Source: Camelus dromedarius (Eukaryota). Taken from it: DNA of 64,000 bases. The notes beneath the pieces are model-generated. The model had not been told where the DNA came from, made no database searches, and saw only the letters and a list, made by a program, of their open reading frames with translations. Where the stretch lies: NCBI RefSeq assembly GCF_036321535.1, contig NC_087437.1, forward strand, positions 91,886,001-91,950,000, given 5' to 3'. The first letter of the stretch is position 1. Every line of letters begins with the position of its first letter. This document shows, piece after piece, positions 52,225 through 64,000 of the stretch. The position numbers and the translations under genes were made by a program.

Positions 52225-53560
52225 TTCAAATTACAAGAAGAAAAAGAGCATGTAACATTTTAAAATGCTTTCTTATATAAATAACTGCAAAATAAAAAGT
52301 TTGGCATTTTCACTATAGGTAGAAATAAAAAGTATGACAACAAAAGCATGAAAACCTAGAGGAAATCATTAAGACTACTCTAAGATTTGTACACAATGCT
52401 TGAAATAGATGTGATAAGTAAAAGATTTACACAACAGCCAAAAGCTAATACAAAAATAACAAAACAATGTTATAACTAATAACCTACAAGAAAGTTAAAC
52501 TGAATTACAAAATATAGTAAATTAATCCAAAAGAAGTCAGAAAAATATGCAAAAAGGGACAAAGAATAAATGGAAGTATTAGAAACTAGAAAGAAGTATT
52601 TAATATTTAGACATAGTTGTATCAATAATCACAGTAAGTAAATGATAACAGCACTGCATCAAATTCCAGAGATTAACAGATTGAATAAAAAAATAAAACC
52701 CAACCATAACTATTTACATATAAAGAATAACCTAAGTTAAATGTAAAACAGTGAGGAAGGATACACTAACACTAATCAAAAGAAATGTAGAGTAGCTGTA
52801 CTTAGCCTAGAAAAATTAGATTTCAGAGCAAAGTGTAATAACAGTGATAAGACTGATCATTTTATGATGAGAAAAGATAAAATTATGATGAGAACATAAC
52901 AATCTAAAATATGTGTGCACCTATTAACAGAGCCTCAAAATACACAAAGCAAAAGCAGGCAGTACTTCAAATAGAAAACTTTACAAATGTAGTTAAGGAT
53001 TTCAGTACTCTTCTTTAAATAGTTGATATGACAAATAGAAAATTGGTAAGAATACAGAAGACTTCAACAACATTCTCAACCAGTTCACATAACTGATGTA
53101 ACAAATTTATGTCTAATGGACTAAACTATAAAGAAAGCAAAGTCCATCAAGATGTGAAAGGATAAAGACATGTTGGTACGTTTTCCAATGGAATACTACT
53201 TAACAACAAAAAGGCATGTGCTATTTGTACATATGATAGCATGTTGAATCTCAAAATATTTACTCTGAATGAAAGAAATTAGACCAAAATAAAGAGTAAA
53301 TACTAGATTTATATAAAACCCTATAATATACAATCTAATATGTAGAGACAGAAAGCAAATAAATGATTGTCTAGAGATAGATGTATGGGAAATGTCAACA
53401 GAGAAATTACAGAGAGGCATGAGGGTGATGGACAAGTCTGTTATTCTGATTGTGGTGATACTTCATGACGCATACATAAACTGACATTTATCACATATTG
53501 TACATTAAATATATGTAGTTTATTGTAAGTTAATTACATTTTAATACAGTTATTAAATTG
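52225..53560 (+). mobile_element. Old L1 (L1MC/MD/ME-like): inter-ORF and EN region joined to a 3' UTR piece
   Basis: EN-like 'agatttcagagcaaag...aacagagcctcaaaatacac' up to ~53095, then 3' UTR 'atggaatactact...tgattgtggtgata...atgtagtttattgta'. Confidence 0.75.
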
Positions 53561-55529
53561 TTATTTTAATTACTAGAGGGTTCACATGGATATTGACAAT
53601 CTTGATAAAATATTTCTTAGAATGATGACAAGTTTCTGGATTTGGCTTTGGAAATTGATGTGTTAACAATAAAATTGTGAGATCAAGGGGCTTTGAAGCT
53701 CATATTTTGATTATGCTATGTTATGAACATTAAAGTCATGTGAAATGATCATGAGACTTTTAGTAACACAGAGGAGTATGTTGCCAAAAACTTCACTGAG
53801 TATGTGGTTGAGAATGAAGAGGGCATCATGGCATGACAGCCACAAAGAGAGAAGAGAATGATATACTGAAGTTCCATGAACTTTGACTAAATAAAAATCT
53901 GTATGAAATTATACAAGTAACTATCTGGGAATGGTAACAGGGAAGAAACATACTTATAAAATGTTATGGCTTGGTATGGTAGGGAAAAATGAGAAACCGC
54001 CACTTCAGGGAATTTCAAGTAAAACAATGTCTTTGTTAGAGATAATAAGACAAAAGAGTACATTCTGAAGATATCTGAGAATATAGGGAGTCCTTTGCTT
54101 CTAGCCCTGTAAGCAAGTTTTACCTGTAAGCAAGGTGTCATCCTATACCAAGGATTTGCAGTCTCACTCAGGAATTCTGGACTTATCCAATACTCTCTCA
54201 CTTTAGTTGGCAACTTAACTCCGGATATTGAACTTCAAAAGCTTCCCTCAAGCACCCATGTTCTGAAATTTCTACTATATATGTGTGTTGATGTAACACA
54301 TACAACAACTTACTCTAGTGTAACCATGTAAGACTGCTTTCCCCATTCTGAATCTGCTTTGATCTCATTATGTATGTTTGATTACTGGTAGCCTTCCTAT
54401 CTATTAGTTTTCTTTCTGATGACTGCAAGACACCCCTGAAAAATGCCTGTTTGGTCAAATCACCTGGAATAACATCTGCCATCAGATCTGTTTATAATCT
54501 GTCCCACCCAGCTGGCTACATGCAGAATATATAAGAAGTCTTTTCTACTAGCGCAGACACTGCCTGGGAGGCCCAGCTGTCGTGTCTCATTCTAGTTCAC
54601 GTTGCTCTGTCAATGTCCCTAGCACTACGATGCCCTTGACTTTAAGACTCTGGTGACCTTATTTTTTCTCATCCTGTTTCAGGATGAAGCCATCTACTTC
54701 CTCTAAAAATATTTTAAAGGAGACTGTAAAAAGAACAATCCTGGAAATAGCTTTGAAAAGAATTAAACTATTCTTCAGATCATCTTTCTTCATTATCGGA
54801 GCAATATACAGGTTTGAGGAATTAATCAATGTTATAGGTCATTGAGTAAAAGGAAATCAAAAACTCTAAAGAAATATAAATAAGATAGAAGATATTTTTA
54901 TAAAGCTTTAAATGAATGCTTATTTCTTGTGCATGAAAATCAACGTAATTCCCATGGAAATTAAAAAAAAAAAAAAGATCAATCCAACAGAGTTAAGGGG
55001 TGTTAAAACTTTGGTTGGTTGTTTGTTTTTTTAAAAATTACGCAGCAAAACCAAAAATAGAGAAAGGATAATTTAGTAGCTGCACTCATACAGTGAATTA
55101 GTGGTAAAGCAGGAAATAGAACATGGTTTTCTGATTCCTACTACATCTGTGAACAAGTTTATAAAGTTCATATTTAACAGTACAGGGGAGACTGATTATC
55201 AATGTATACATTTATTTAAGAACATCATTCTTCTAATCCTAGCTTTCCTGTCTCCTAGATCTTCTCATATCACTGATTTAGAAACCAAAGCTAGGTTAAA
55301 ATGGCTTATATTTTCAGATAAATTTAGGGAAGTGTGAAGACTCAGACTTCACACCAGGACTATTATCCTTAAAAAGAAGAATATTAAGGCAGGTCAGGGA
55401 TCAAGAATACCTTGAAAAAACAGTAACTGAAATATAAATGTCTCATCCCATATTCTACTTCTATTTCTGCTTTTTTTTTTTTTTTTTTTTGCTAAATGTC
55501 ATTTGTCTATTGGCTAAGTGACATTTGTT

Positions 55530-55690
55530 TGTTCATTTTATCCTCACTCTAATCCTATGAGGTAATTTTATATCCTCCATTTTAATGAATAGAAAACTGA
55601 GATCTGAGATTTAGACTGAAAGTTAATTTTCAGAGATTCTAATCTTTTTTTTTTTTCTCACCAGAGCCCATATTCTTTCTGTCACATTCT
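55530..55690 (-). mobile_element. MIR SINE
   Basis: 'atcctcactctaatcctatgaggta...tcctccattttaatgaatagaaaactgagatc'. Confidence 0.7.
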
Positions 55691-55869
55691 GCTATACCTA
55701 AAATACACCTTAAAAAAGAAAAGAAAAAAACCTCTTTGTTGATATCAGTCCACTTACTTAGAGTATCATTTCTTACCTCAGTTATGCTTAAGATGTCTTT
55801 AAGCAAATTCTGATTACCTTTGAATTTGAGGATGGGTTCCTTGGTCAGTCGGTAAGGTCCACAATTATA

Positions 55870-55962
55870 GTCAGCTCTGCAGGTTTTTATAAGTGACTAT
55901 GGTCAAGTTCCTTAACATCCGAGAATCTCAGTTCATGTATCTGAAAAACAGAAAATTAAACA
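55870..55962 (+). mobile_element. MIR core fragment
   Basis: 'gtgactatggtcaagttccttaacatccgagaatctcagttcatgtatctgaaaaa'. Confidence 0.65.
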
Positions 55963-56989
55963 AGAATTTGACACACACACATACATACACATGCACAAAT
56001 GCGTACCTCAGGTTTTTGCAGTAAATGATAATAGTTTCCTTTGCTCAATCTTACTTAAATGTGCTTTGCTTAACATATCAATGCCCATATCTTCATAGGT
56101 GTTTAGAAATATCATTAATCATAATGTTAGCAATAACTTCACACTCCTGAGAAAGGTTCTAAATAAAGGATTGTAATATGATAAAAAGAATCTCCTCACC
56201 AGATGGCTGTTCTCTCAGGGAGCAAAGACCTGTCTACGAAATTAGCAAGGCTGACAATTTCTCTTTTCTTTGACCTCACTTAATATACTCTCACTCCAAC
56301 CTACTTTAAAAGATAAAAAGTCTCCCAAATACTTCCCTTCCATTACTCTTCAATCCACAGAGTCTATTTATACTAAATTAGATTCTTTCATCTAATTGTA
56401 AGAATAAGCTTATTTGCTTGCCCCAGTTTTATTGCTACAATTTCAATAGCTTTAATCTCTTGAAATATACAAAATTCAATGCACACTTCTCCTCCTCCTG
56501 ATTGCCATCTCCCATGGCGTTAGACACAGATGCCTTGAAACTCCTACTTATTGGCCAGAATCTTAGAAATGTATTTGTCTAATATGTTAACACTTTTCAC
56601 TTTAACAAAGGTCATATTTTTGGCCTGTAATTACATTGAGAATTTTAACCAAATTTCCCTTAGGACCAGCATGTGTTACATACAAATATTTTCATAAATT
56701 TACAAGTAAAAATTTGGGGAAACATTTTTCAATATTTTTCTTAAAAAGAGAAATTTTTTAAATAGAGAAAAATTAAAAACAATAACAAAAAAAAGTCTAT
56801 TTCATCATTTATAAATTATCCTTATTAATTTGTCTATTTTCTTTGTACCTATGAAATAAAATATTCAGTTAAATTTAAAGTTTCTTTTGTCAGTCATCCC
56901 AGGACCATTCCCAAATTCATCTACAAAAGTCAGGTAACCAGGATAATATTTATTTTATTTTACACCTATAAATATTGTAATTAACTATT

Positions 56990-57190
56990 AAAAAATTTAC
57001 ATAAATTGTATGTTCATTCAGTAACTGCCTTTCAGTAAACTGCATTGGAAGATGTTTCCATGTTGACATACATAAATTTAAGCCATAAGTTTTTATCTCC
57101 AATGTGGTATTTCATTATATGAACAAATATAAATATGAATGAAACAAATATGAAAATAACATTTCAGTTATTCATTTACTGAAGGATGGC
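56990..57190 (-). mobile_element. Old L1ME-like fragment
   Basis: 'cattggaagatgtttccatgttgacatacata...gtggtatttcattatatgaa'. Confidence 0.4.
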
Positions 57191-58008
57191 CACTAATTTT
57201 CTAAAATTTAAGGAAATTACTGATACAAATGGTCAGTAAATTTTGTTTAATTTTTAAACTTGGTAAAATTTGGGGTTTCTTGGCTTTTGAGCAAGTATAC
57301 AAACATCAATAGCCAATATCTAAGTCTGGCCATGTACTTGAATGTGAAATATATTACCGATATATACTTATACATAAATTATCTTTTTATTCACTTCATT
57401 TTATTCAGTGAAAATATTTTTACATTCAGTTATTTGACTAGATATTTCTTGAGACATGTAAATTAAAGAGGAAAGAAGCACTTCAACATCCAGGAAAATT
57501 CCATTAAAATTCATATGTAATCAATCATAGTGGCAATACAATTATGGATGAAAACAGTGACAACAAAAATCAAACAATGACTCACACTCTCTGTGTATGC
57601 CCCAGATATAATAAGGATCAAGTTTGCAAAATGTAGCAGACTCTTTTAGAGTTGTATTGCTCTAATTCATTCATTCTTCCCAAATAAGACTATTATACCT
57701 TGGACAACTTAGGTTTTGCTATGTGTGGCCAGATTAACACATTGCCTACTAAGTGGACTTTCAGAAGATTCTTTATATCTAAGCTATCTATGATCATTTT
57801 TTTCTCCCTATATTTCAGCTATATTTGTGTTGCATAGTTGAATCACTAATATTTGTATAGTGACCAGTATTTCAAATTGGTCGAGGATACAAATACCAAA
57901 TAATTGGAGGTATGTGAAATAATTATTCCCTTCTTATTGTGATAACAATGTGTGTAAAAGAAATGTTTACAAATTGATGGTACTTTTCAAACTTACCCAA
58001 ACATTACG

Positions 58009-58407
58009 TTGCAGTGGAAATACTGTGTCTCAAATCTGTGTTATATTTATCTTTCTGGATACACAAGAAGATATTCCCCAGCCCCACTTTTACTAGGATT
58101 AAAGTCATGTGTCTGGGTTCCAAGTTCTGGCCTCCAGTGTGACTGGAGGAAATTAAATTTGTGGCTTCACCACAAAACGCTGCAAGACTGTCTGTACCTT
58201 GCTTTTTCTTCTTCTTTTCTTCTTATTTTTTTTTTAATGGCAGTGTCACAAGATAAAACCTGGATGACTGAGTGAACTTTTAGAGGGCATCATGACTCAT
58301 ATCTTATTTTGCTGTAATGAAGAAATGAATTTCATGTTCATCGACTGAAATAATGTCTTATTTATTATCACAATAATAGAACATCCTAGCTTATTCTGAC
58401 TAGTATA
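58009..58407 (+). mobile_element. MaLR LTR, MLT1J-like
   Basis: 'atattccccagcc...tcatgtgtctgggttc...cctggatgactgagtga...agaaatgaattt...ctagcttattctgactagtata'. Confidence 0.6.
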
Positions 58408-58739
58408 AATTTGAAGTTGATTAGCCCTTATTGTTAGAGTTAAAATACCTAAATTAAAATTTATTTTATTGTGTAAGGTGGGAAAAAACTTCCTCAATAA
58501 TCAATATTGAATATCTAACTCTTAATAATATATGACCACTTTACCTAAGAATTTGTATTTTAAAGTTACCATTAAAATTACTTAGTAGTAGTAAAAAATA
58601 TGTTTTTAATGTTTTTAGACTCAAAGGGATTAAATTTCAAATATTTTCTTATAAAATAAAAAAAATTTGTAAAGTTGAGTAATTTAATTTTTACTTATCC
58701 TCACAAGGAACAAGGTAACTGTTCAACAGCAGTAGAAAC

Positions 58740-58872
58740 TACAACATAATGAAGTGGTTAAGAGCATGGGGTCTGGAATGAGACAGACCTGGTTTCCCTC
58801 TTTGCTCAGCAATTTACTAAATGTATAATTTGGGAAGATTTATTTATAATCTGTAGGGCTTAGTTACTTTTT
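58740..58872 (+). mobile_element. MIR SINE
   Basis: 'agtggttaagagcatggggtctggaatgagacagacctgg' head. Confidence 0.8.
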
Positions 58873-58879
58873 ATCATTA

Positions 58880-59035
58880 TTTTATTAATTTCTGTCTAGT
58901 CCGTTACAAAGGTGACTTTACTAGGGCAGAGACCAGGTCAGTTTTTGCTCACTGTTGCATTACTACTCCTAATACAGAGTCTGGACCATTCAAAGCACAC
59001 AGCAAAGTCTTCAAATACATTGGTTAAAATTGGAG
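58880..59035 (+). mobile_element. L2 3' end
   Basis: 'agggcagagaccaggtcagtttttgctcactgttg...cctaatacagagtctgg...ttcaaatacattggttaaa'. Confidence 0.75.
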
Positions 59036-60857
59036 ACTGAAATATCTTTAACAATATGTCTGGTATATAGTATTACATCAGAAACATGGCATTTAAAAAC
59101 AAATGTTGCAAATAGAGAATCCCACATATACACATGGTGGTATGCATAGTTACTGCCTTCTAAACGTAAAGTGCTTGCATGATTGCATGTTCTATGATGG
59201 TCCAACTTGAATTTTTAAGAGTTTCTTTAGAATTTCCATAGTTGTGATACTACAGTCTTAAAAATTAGCATTAAAATGCATCAGTTAATCCAGTCAATCA
59301 TAAATATATCTATCACCAATATTAAACTAACAGAAGCCCTTTGTACAGTTCCCAAATCTTTAATTTAGAGGGATCTAGACTAGATTGCCACTGTGTAAAA
59401 AGGCCAGGGATAGAACATGAGTATTTTTGACCAGATCGGTTAGTGATCTTATGTCTTATAACACCCTATCTCACTATGCTGTGGTCTTCACAGAGAAAAA
59501 TGCTGCCAGTGAAGAGCTTATGGTAGTTATTAATGGATTTCTCACATCTAGCTGCCCTCTTTTATTTGTGCTTTGCATAGAATTTTATATAAAGCTACAA
59601 CTGTGCTGCATCTCTTTGTTTGGTAGAGTTGGTTTATGATACTCCAGTCATGCTGAACTTGCCTCTAACTACTGCAACCAATATCATATTAGCTCATGTT
59701 CACAATGAAGAAAAAAATGTGCACCACCCACTCTTCCAATAAGTTTCACCATTTTTACTCTATTTTGTAGTTTTCTGAGCATTTGGGTAAACAGCCTCAT
59801 TAATTTTGGCAAGTAACACCAACACAGAAGACTCTCAACGCCTGTAGCCTTTACATCTAAATACTAAAAGGCCTAAATTTATCACAAGTGTAAATTTTTT
59901 ATTCCTTGATATAAACTGCAAAAGCTGTATCTTCTTCCCTAAAATAAAACAGTCCTAATATGATATAACAGAATAGTTTATGATTTGTCCAGTAGTTCTA
60001 TTCTTAAAAACAGTTGAAGAGGAGGTATGGAAATGATTAAGAAATGACGCATGAATAAAACTGCTTCAGTTTGAAGTAATCTTAATTTTATTCACAAGCC
60101 TTGTGGAGCTTGATTCCTTCAGTGTTCAACTTGACACAGAAACTATATACTAAAGATGGGAAGGAAGTTTCACTACCCATTTATTATTTTTACAGTCCAA
60201 TATTTCTGTCGAGTGCCTCACTTCCATAGTGAGAGGCACTGCAGAGAAACATAGATCAGTGCCACAGACAGGAATATGACCCAAGACTACCAACCAGATT
60301 TGCTCTGTTTTGTTTTTATAATTTTTACCTGGGTAAGGCACTCTTTCTCCATACAAAATATTATTTTTTTGATTTATTTAAGAGATAAATAAATCTTGCT
60401 TATTACTGGGTGTAATTCATAATTTTATGCATGATGAAAATGGAACTTGTGAAAGACAGTTAAAGAGAACTGGAACTTGACAAATGACACTGTTAGGTTT
60501 ATATTTTTGTCACCATTGCTAATTACAATAAAGAAGTCATAAAGCAAGTTGCCAGTTGCCAGCCTCCTAAAAAATATCCAATAAAAAAGGTGCCTATCAA
60601 GCTTGAAAACGATTCCTTCTGCCACACAGCAAAAAAGGAAAAGATATATATATAAATGAGTTTAACAATATTAAATATAAAAATAAATTACAAGAAGAAT
60701 TCATAGTGAAACAGTTAGCAATATATTATGTGGAATTATAAATAACAAATCTGATTTCATAACTAATGTTTTGTTTTCCTTTTCTCTCCAGTCTGCTGAG
60801 AGAATAATGCTAATTCTGGAGATCATGAGGATCTGAAAAAGCAAGATGATTATTTCT

Positions 60858-61090
60858 AGTTCTCATCCTATTGGATAAAATTTTGACACAGTTGATATCA
60901 CATTTTTATTGGACCTCTCTTAATACTTGGTCCCCAGGACATTTTCTCTTGGTTATCACCAACTTTATTGCTTAAGACACTCCTAGGTCTCCTTTAATTT
61001 TTCTTCCACATCTTACAACCATTGAATTTTGGAAAGTGTAATGATTTAGACTTATGTATCCTTTATGCACACTTACTTCTATGATGATCT
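60858..61090 (+). mobile_element. L2 internal fragment
   Basis: 'tttgacacagttgat...cttggtccccaggaca...ctcttggtt' L2 ORF2-like motifs. Confidence 0.55.
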
Positions 61091-61202
61091 ATAAAATCAG
61101 TCTTTTTTGTCAAATTGCAGATCTCCTCGCATTAGTGGATTGTAAAATCAGTTTAATGAATTAAGACAATCTTTAATAAAATTGAAAAAAAGAAAAAAAT
61201 CA

Positions 61203-61390
61203 GAAAAATGGAGAAATTGGACTTCATCAAAATTAAAACTGTACCACAAAGAACAAAAAAGAGAAGCTCACAAAATAGGAGAATATATTTGAAAATCGTA
61301 TTTCTGATAAAGGACTAATATCCAGAATATATATAAAGAACACTCACAACAAAAACAAGAAAAATCAAGTAATCAAATTAAAAATGAGCA
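61203..61390 (+). mobile_element. Older L1 ORF2 C-terminal fragment (target of the next element)
   Basis: 'aaattggacttcatcaaaattaaaa...tctgataaaggactaatatccagaatatatataaagaac...aattaaaaatgagca'. Confidence 0.85.
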
Positions 61391-64000
61391 GGGAGATGTC
61401 AGCATCAGAAGGCATGAGTTCCTTTTTATCTCTCCTGCAGTGTACAGATAATTGGACATCCATAACTGAAAGAAAGCAGCTCTGTTTAGCAAACCAGGAC
61501 ACTAGAGAGATCCACTCATCTGTGCACCCAAAAAAGGGTGGATTAAAACCCACAGGAGCTGTTGAGGGAGGGGATTGGTGACAGAGTCCAAGTGGCAGAA
61601 GCATCTTCAGCATAGGAGGTGGAGGCAGGTCTACCAGCTGGTCAGCAAGACCTTTCTGACAGAGGAGGGGAGTGAGTGGGGAAAGCAGGGGTCTGCCTGG
61701 CCACACATGCTGCACCTGGAGGGACCCACTGCTCTCTCTGAGGGCAAACTGTGGTGACTGGGTGGAAGAAGAGGAAAGGCAATTAAGTAGACAAAGAAAA
61801 CTGGAGGAAAGAGTTTTCTGTTCTCTGGCCCTGGATTCTGACAAGAGGACCACCAAAGACCTCTGGAATTCCCCTCTATGGGCACTCCTAAAGTTCCAAA
61901 TGCTAAATACACACTTACCCTGACTCTACCACTACCTGCCCTTTTTTTTCCTTCAACTTTTTCTGTTTTATGCACATGCTTCAAACCTTAGCAACAAGTC
62001 AGCTCCATTAAGATCAACCCAAAACATGCACTATATCACCACCTTCCGGAAAAGCTCCTAATTGCCAACCTGTTGAACTTTTAGAATCAAAGTAAAGAAA
62101 GCCTTGTCTAAATAAAAAAAAAGGGTTTATTACTTTAAATGTGGCAATAGAAGCACTTTATATCAAACATTATGAAAAAGTCAGTCACAGAGTATCAAGA
62201 AAAAGAAAATAATTTTCCAGCAACAAAATCCAAAGACACAGAATACTGTCATTTAACTGACAAATAATTAAAAATAGCTGTTTAAAGAAATTCAGCAAGC
62301 TATAAGAAAACTCAGAAAGGTAATTCAATTATCTCAGAAATAAAATAAACAAACAGAATGAGTACCAAAGAAATGAAATTCTAAAAACAGAACCAAGCAC
62401 ATATTCTGGAGTTAAAGAACTCAGTAAATGAAGTGAAGTCTGCATTAGAATGCATTGAAAATAGAGCATGTCAGATGAAAGAGAAAATAAGCCAGCTTGA
62501 GGATAGAAATATAGAAATGATTCAGGTATAAGAGAAGAAAAAACTAAGATTTTAAAAAACAAAGAAACTCTACAAGTTCTAACTGACTCCACTAGAAAAG
62601 CCAAAATAAGTTAATGGGTATAGCAGAAGAAGAGGGAGAGAAGGAAAGAGAGCATATTTAAAGAAATTATAGCTGAAAACTCCCCAAACCTGAAAAAAGA
62701 ACTAGATATACAAACATACAAAGCGATAGAACACGCTATTATTTCAATGCAAAAGACCTTCTCCAAGACACGTTATATTAAAAAACAGATTTTTTTTAAA
62801 AAGTCAATGATAAATAAAGAATTTTAAAGATAGCCAGGGAGAAAAGGACAGTAATGTACAAAGGAACTCCCCTTGGGCTCTCAGCAGATTTCTCAACAGA
62901 AACTCTACAAGCCAGGAGAAAAACTGCCAGCCAAGAATTCTCTATAAGGCAACATTATCCTTCAGATATAAAAGAGAAATAAAGGCTTTCTCAGACAAAC
63001 AAAAACTGAGGGAGTTCAACACCACTAGCCCTGCCTTATTAGAAATGTTGGAAGGAGTTCTTGAAGCTGAAACAAAAAGATGAAATTATGCAAATCTTCA
63101 ATTAAATTGGTAAATAGAATTTAATGATTTTAAATATGTAACTTTTTTAGAATTGTATAATTATTTCTTAATTCTTAATTACAGCATAACGTTTAAAGGA
63201 AAAGAACATTAAAAATAACTATAACTACTACAAAATCACAGTATGAAGAGAAAATTTGTGGCATCAATAGTATAAAACGGGAGGAATAAAAAGGTAGAAC
63301 CTTATGAGCAAATGAAGATAAACTGCTCTCAGTACAAAAAGGACTACATTATCTATGAGATGTTTTATGGAAATCTTATGATAACCGTAAAGCAAAATTC
63401 TACGGCAGAAACACAAACCAAAAAAAGGGAAGACTAAGAAAATCATTAGGGAAAACCATCAAGTTACAAAGGTAGACAGAAACAGAAGGGGAAAAAAAAC
63501 AAACAATGGAGAGAGAAAATAATCAGAAGGCAAAAGGTAAAATGGCAGTAATAAGTCACTATGTAACAATAATCACCCTGAATGTAAATTAATTGTAAAT
63601 GACCAGTCAAAAGGCACAGAGTAGCTGAATGGATGAAAAAATAAGACACAAGTATACACTGCCTAAGGAGACTTGTTTAAGCTCTAATGACACACACACA
63701 GGCACAAAGTAAAAGGATGGAAAATGATATTCCAAGTAAACAGAAACCAAAAGAAGGTGGGTGTAACCATACTTAGACCAAATAGACTTCAAGCAAAAAG
63801 GTAACAAGAGACAAAAAAGTCATTATATACTGATAAAAGGGTTAGTACATCAAGAATATACAGCAACTGCAAATATATATGTTCCCCAAACTTGAGCATT
63901 AAAATATATTAATCAAGTAATAAAATATCTTAAGAGAGAATAGACAACAATAGAATAATTGTGGGGACTTAAATATCTCACTGTCAGCAATGGACAGATT
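61391..64000 (+). mobile_element. 5'-intact inactive L1 (5' UTR, ORF1, start of ORF2), truncated by the window edge
   Basis: GC-richer 5' UTR starting 'gggagatgtcagcatc'. ORF1 remnant ~62172-63083 ('ctctcagcagatttctcaacagaaactctacaagccagg') and ORF2 EN start ~63542 ('ataatcaccctgaatgtaaat'). Confidence 0.92.

Noticed and set aside
61365..61984. 163-aa and 117-aa minus-strand ORFs as an ORF0-like product
   Set aside because: They lie in a decayed, GC-richer L1 5' UTR where long ORFs arise by chance. They start at non-ATG codons and have no recognisable similarity.

Overview
This is AT-rich, CpG-depleted mammalian DNA dominated by decayed transposable elements, with no intact protein-coding gene, rRNA, bona fide tRNA or CRISPR array. 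A tRNA-Ala-derived SINE at 6531-6703 resembles the camelid vic-1 family and several L1 3' UTRs look cetartiodactyl, so a camel/alpaca-type genome is inferred. The main elements are: a 5'-inverted (twin-primed) L1 at 5388-9118 carrying a nested SINE; an end-to-end L1 at ~36802-43093 with a tandemly repeated 5' UTR and a deletion of most of the RT domain; a 5'-intact L1 starting at 61391 inside an older L1 and running off the window; and many MIR, L2, MaLR/ERV LTR and old L1 fragments. The longer ORFs in the track are L1 remnants or chance ORFs. The best non-repeat candidates are a CpG-retaining RFX/ETS-motif segment with a possible 65-nt exon (~45460-45575), an AP-1 site cluster with an unexplained 40-bp dispersed duplication (28459-31409), a C/D-box-like motif set (12215-12322) and three minus-strand micro-exon-like signals. 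I found no convincing evidence of a new biological system. Repeat subfamily names come from recalled consensus similarity, not from an alignment, and most boundaries are approximate.
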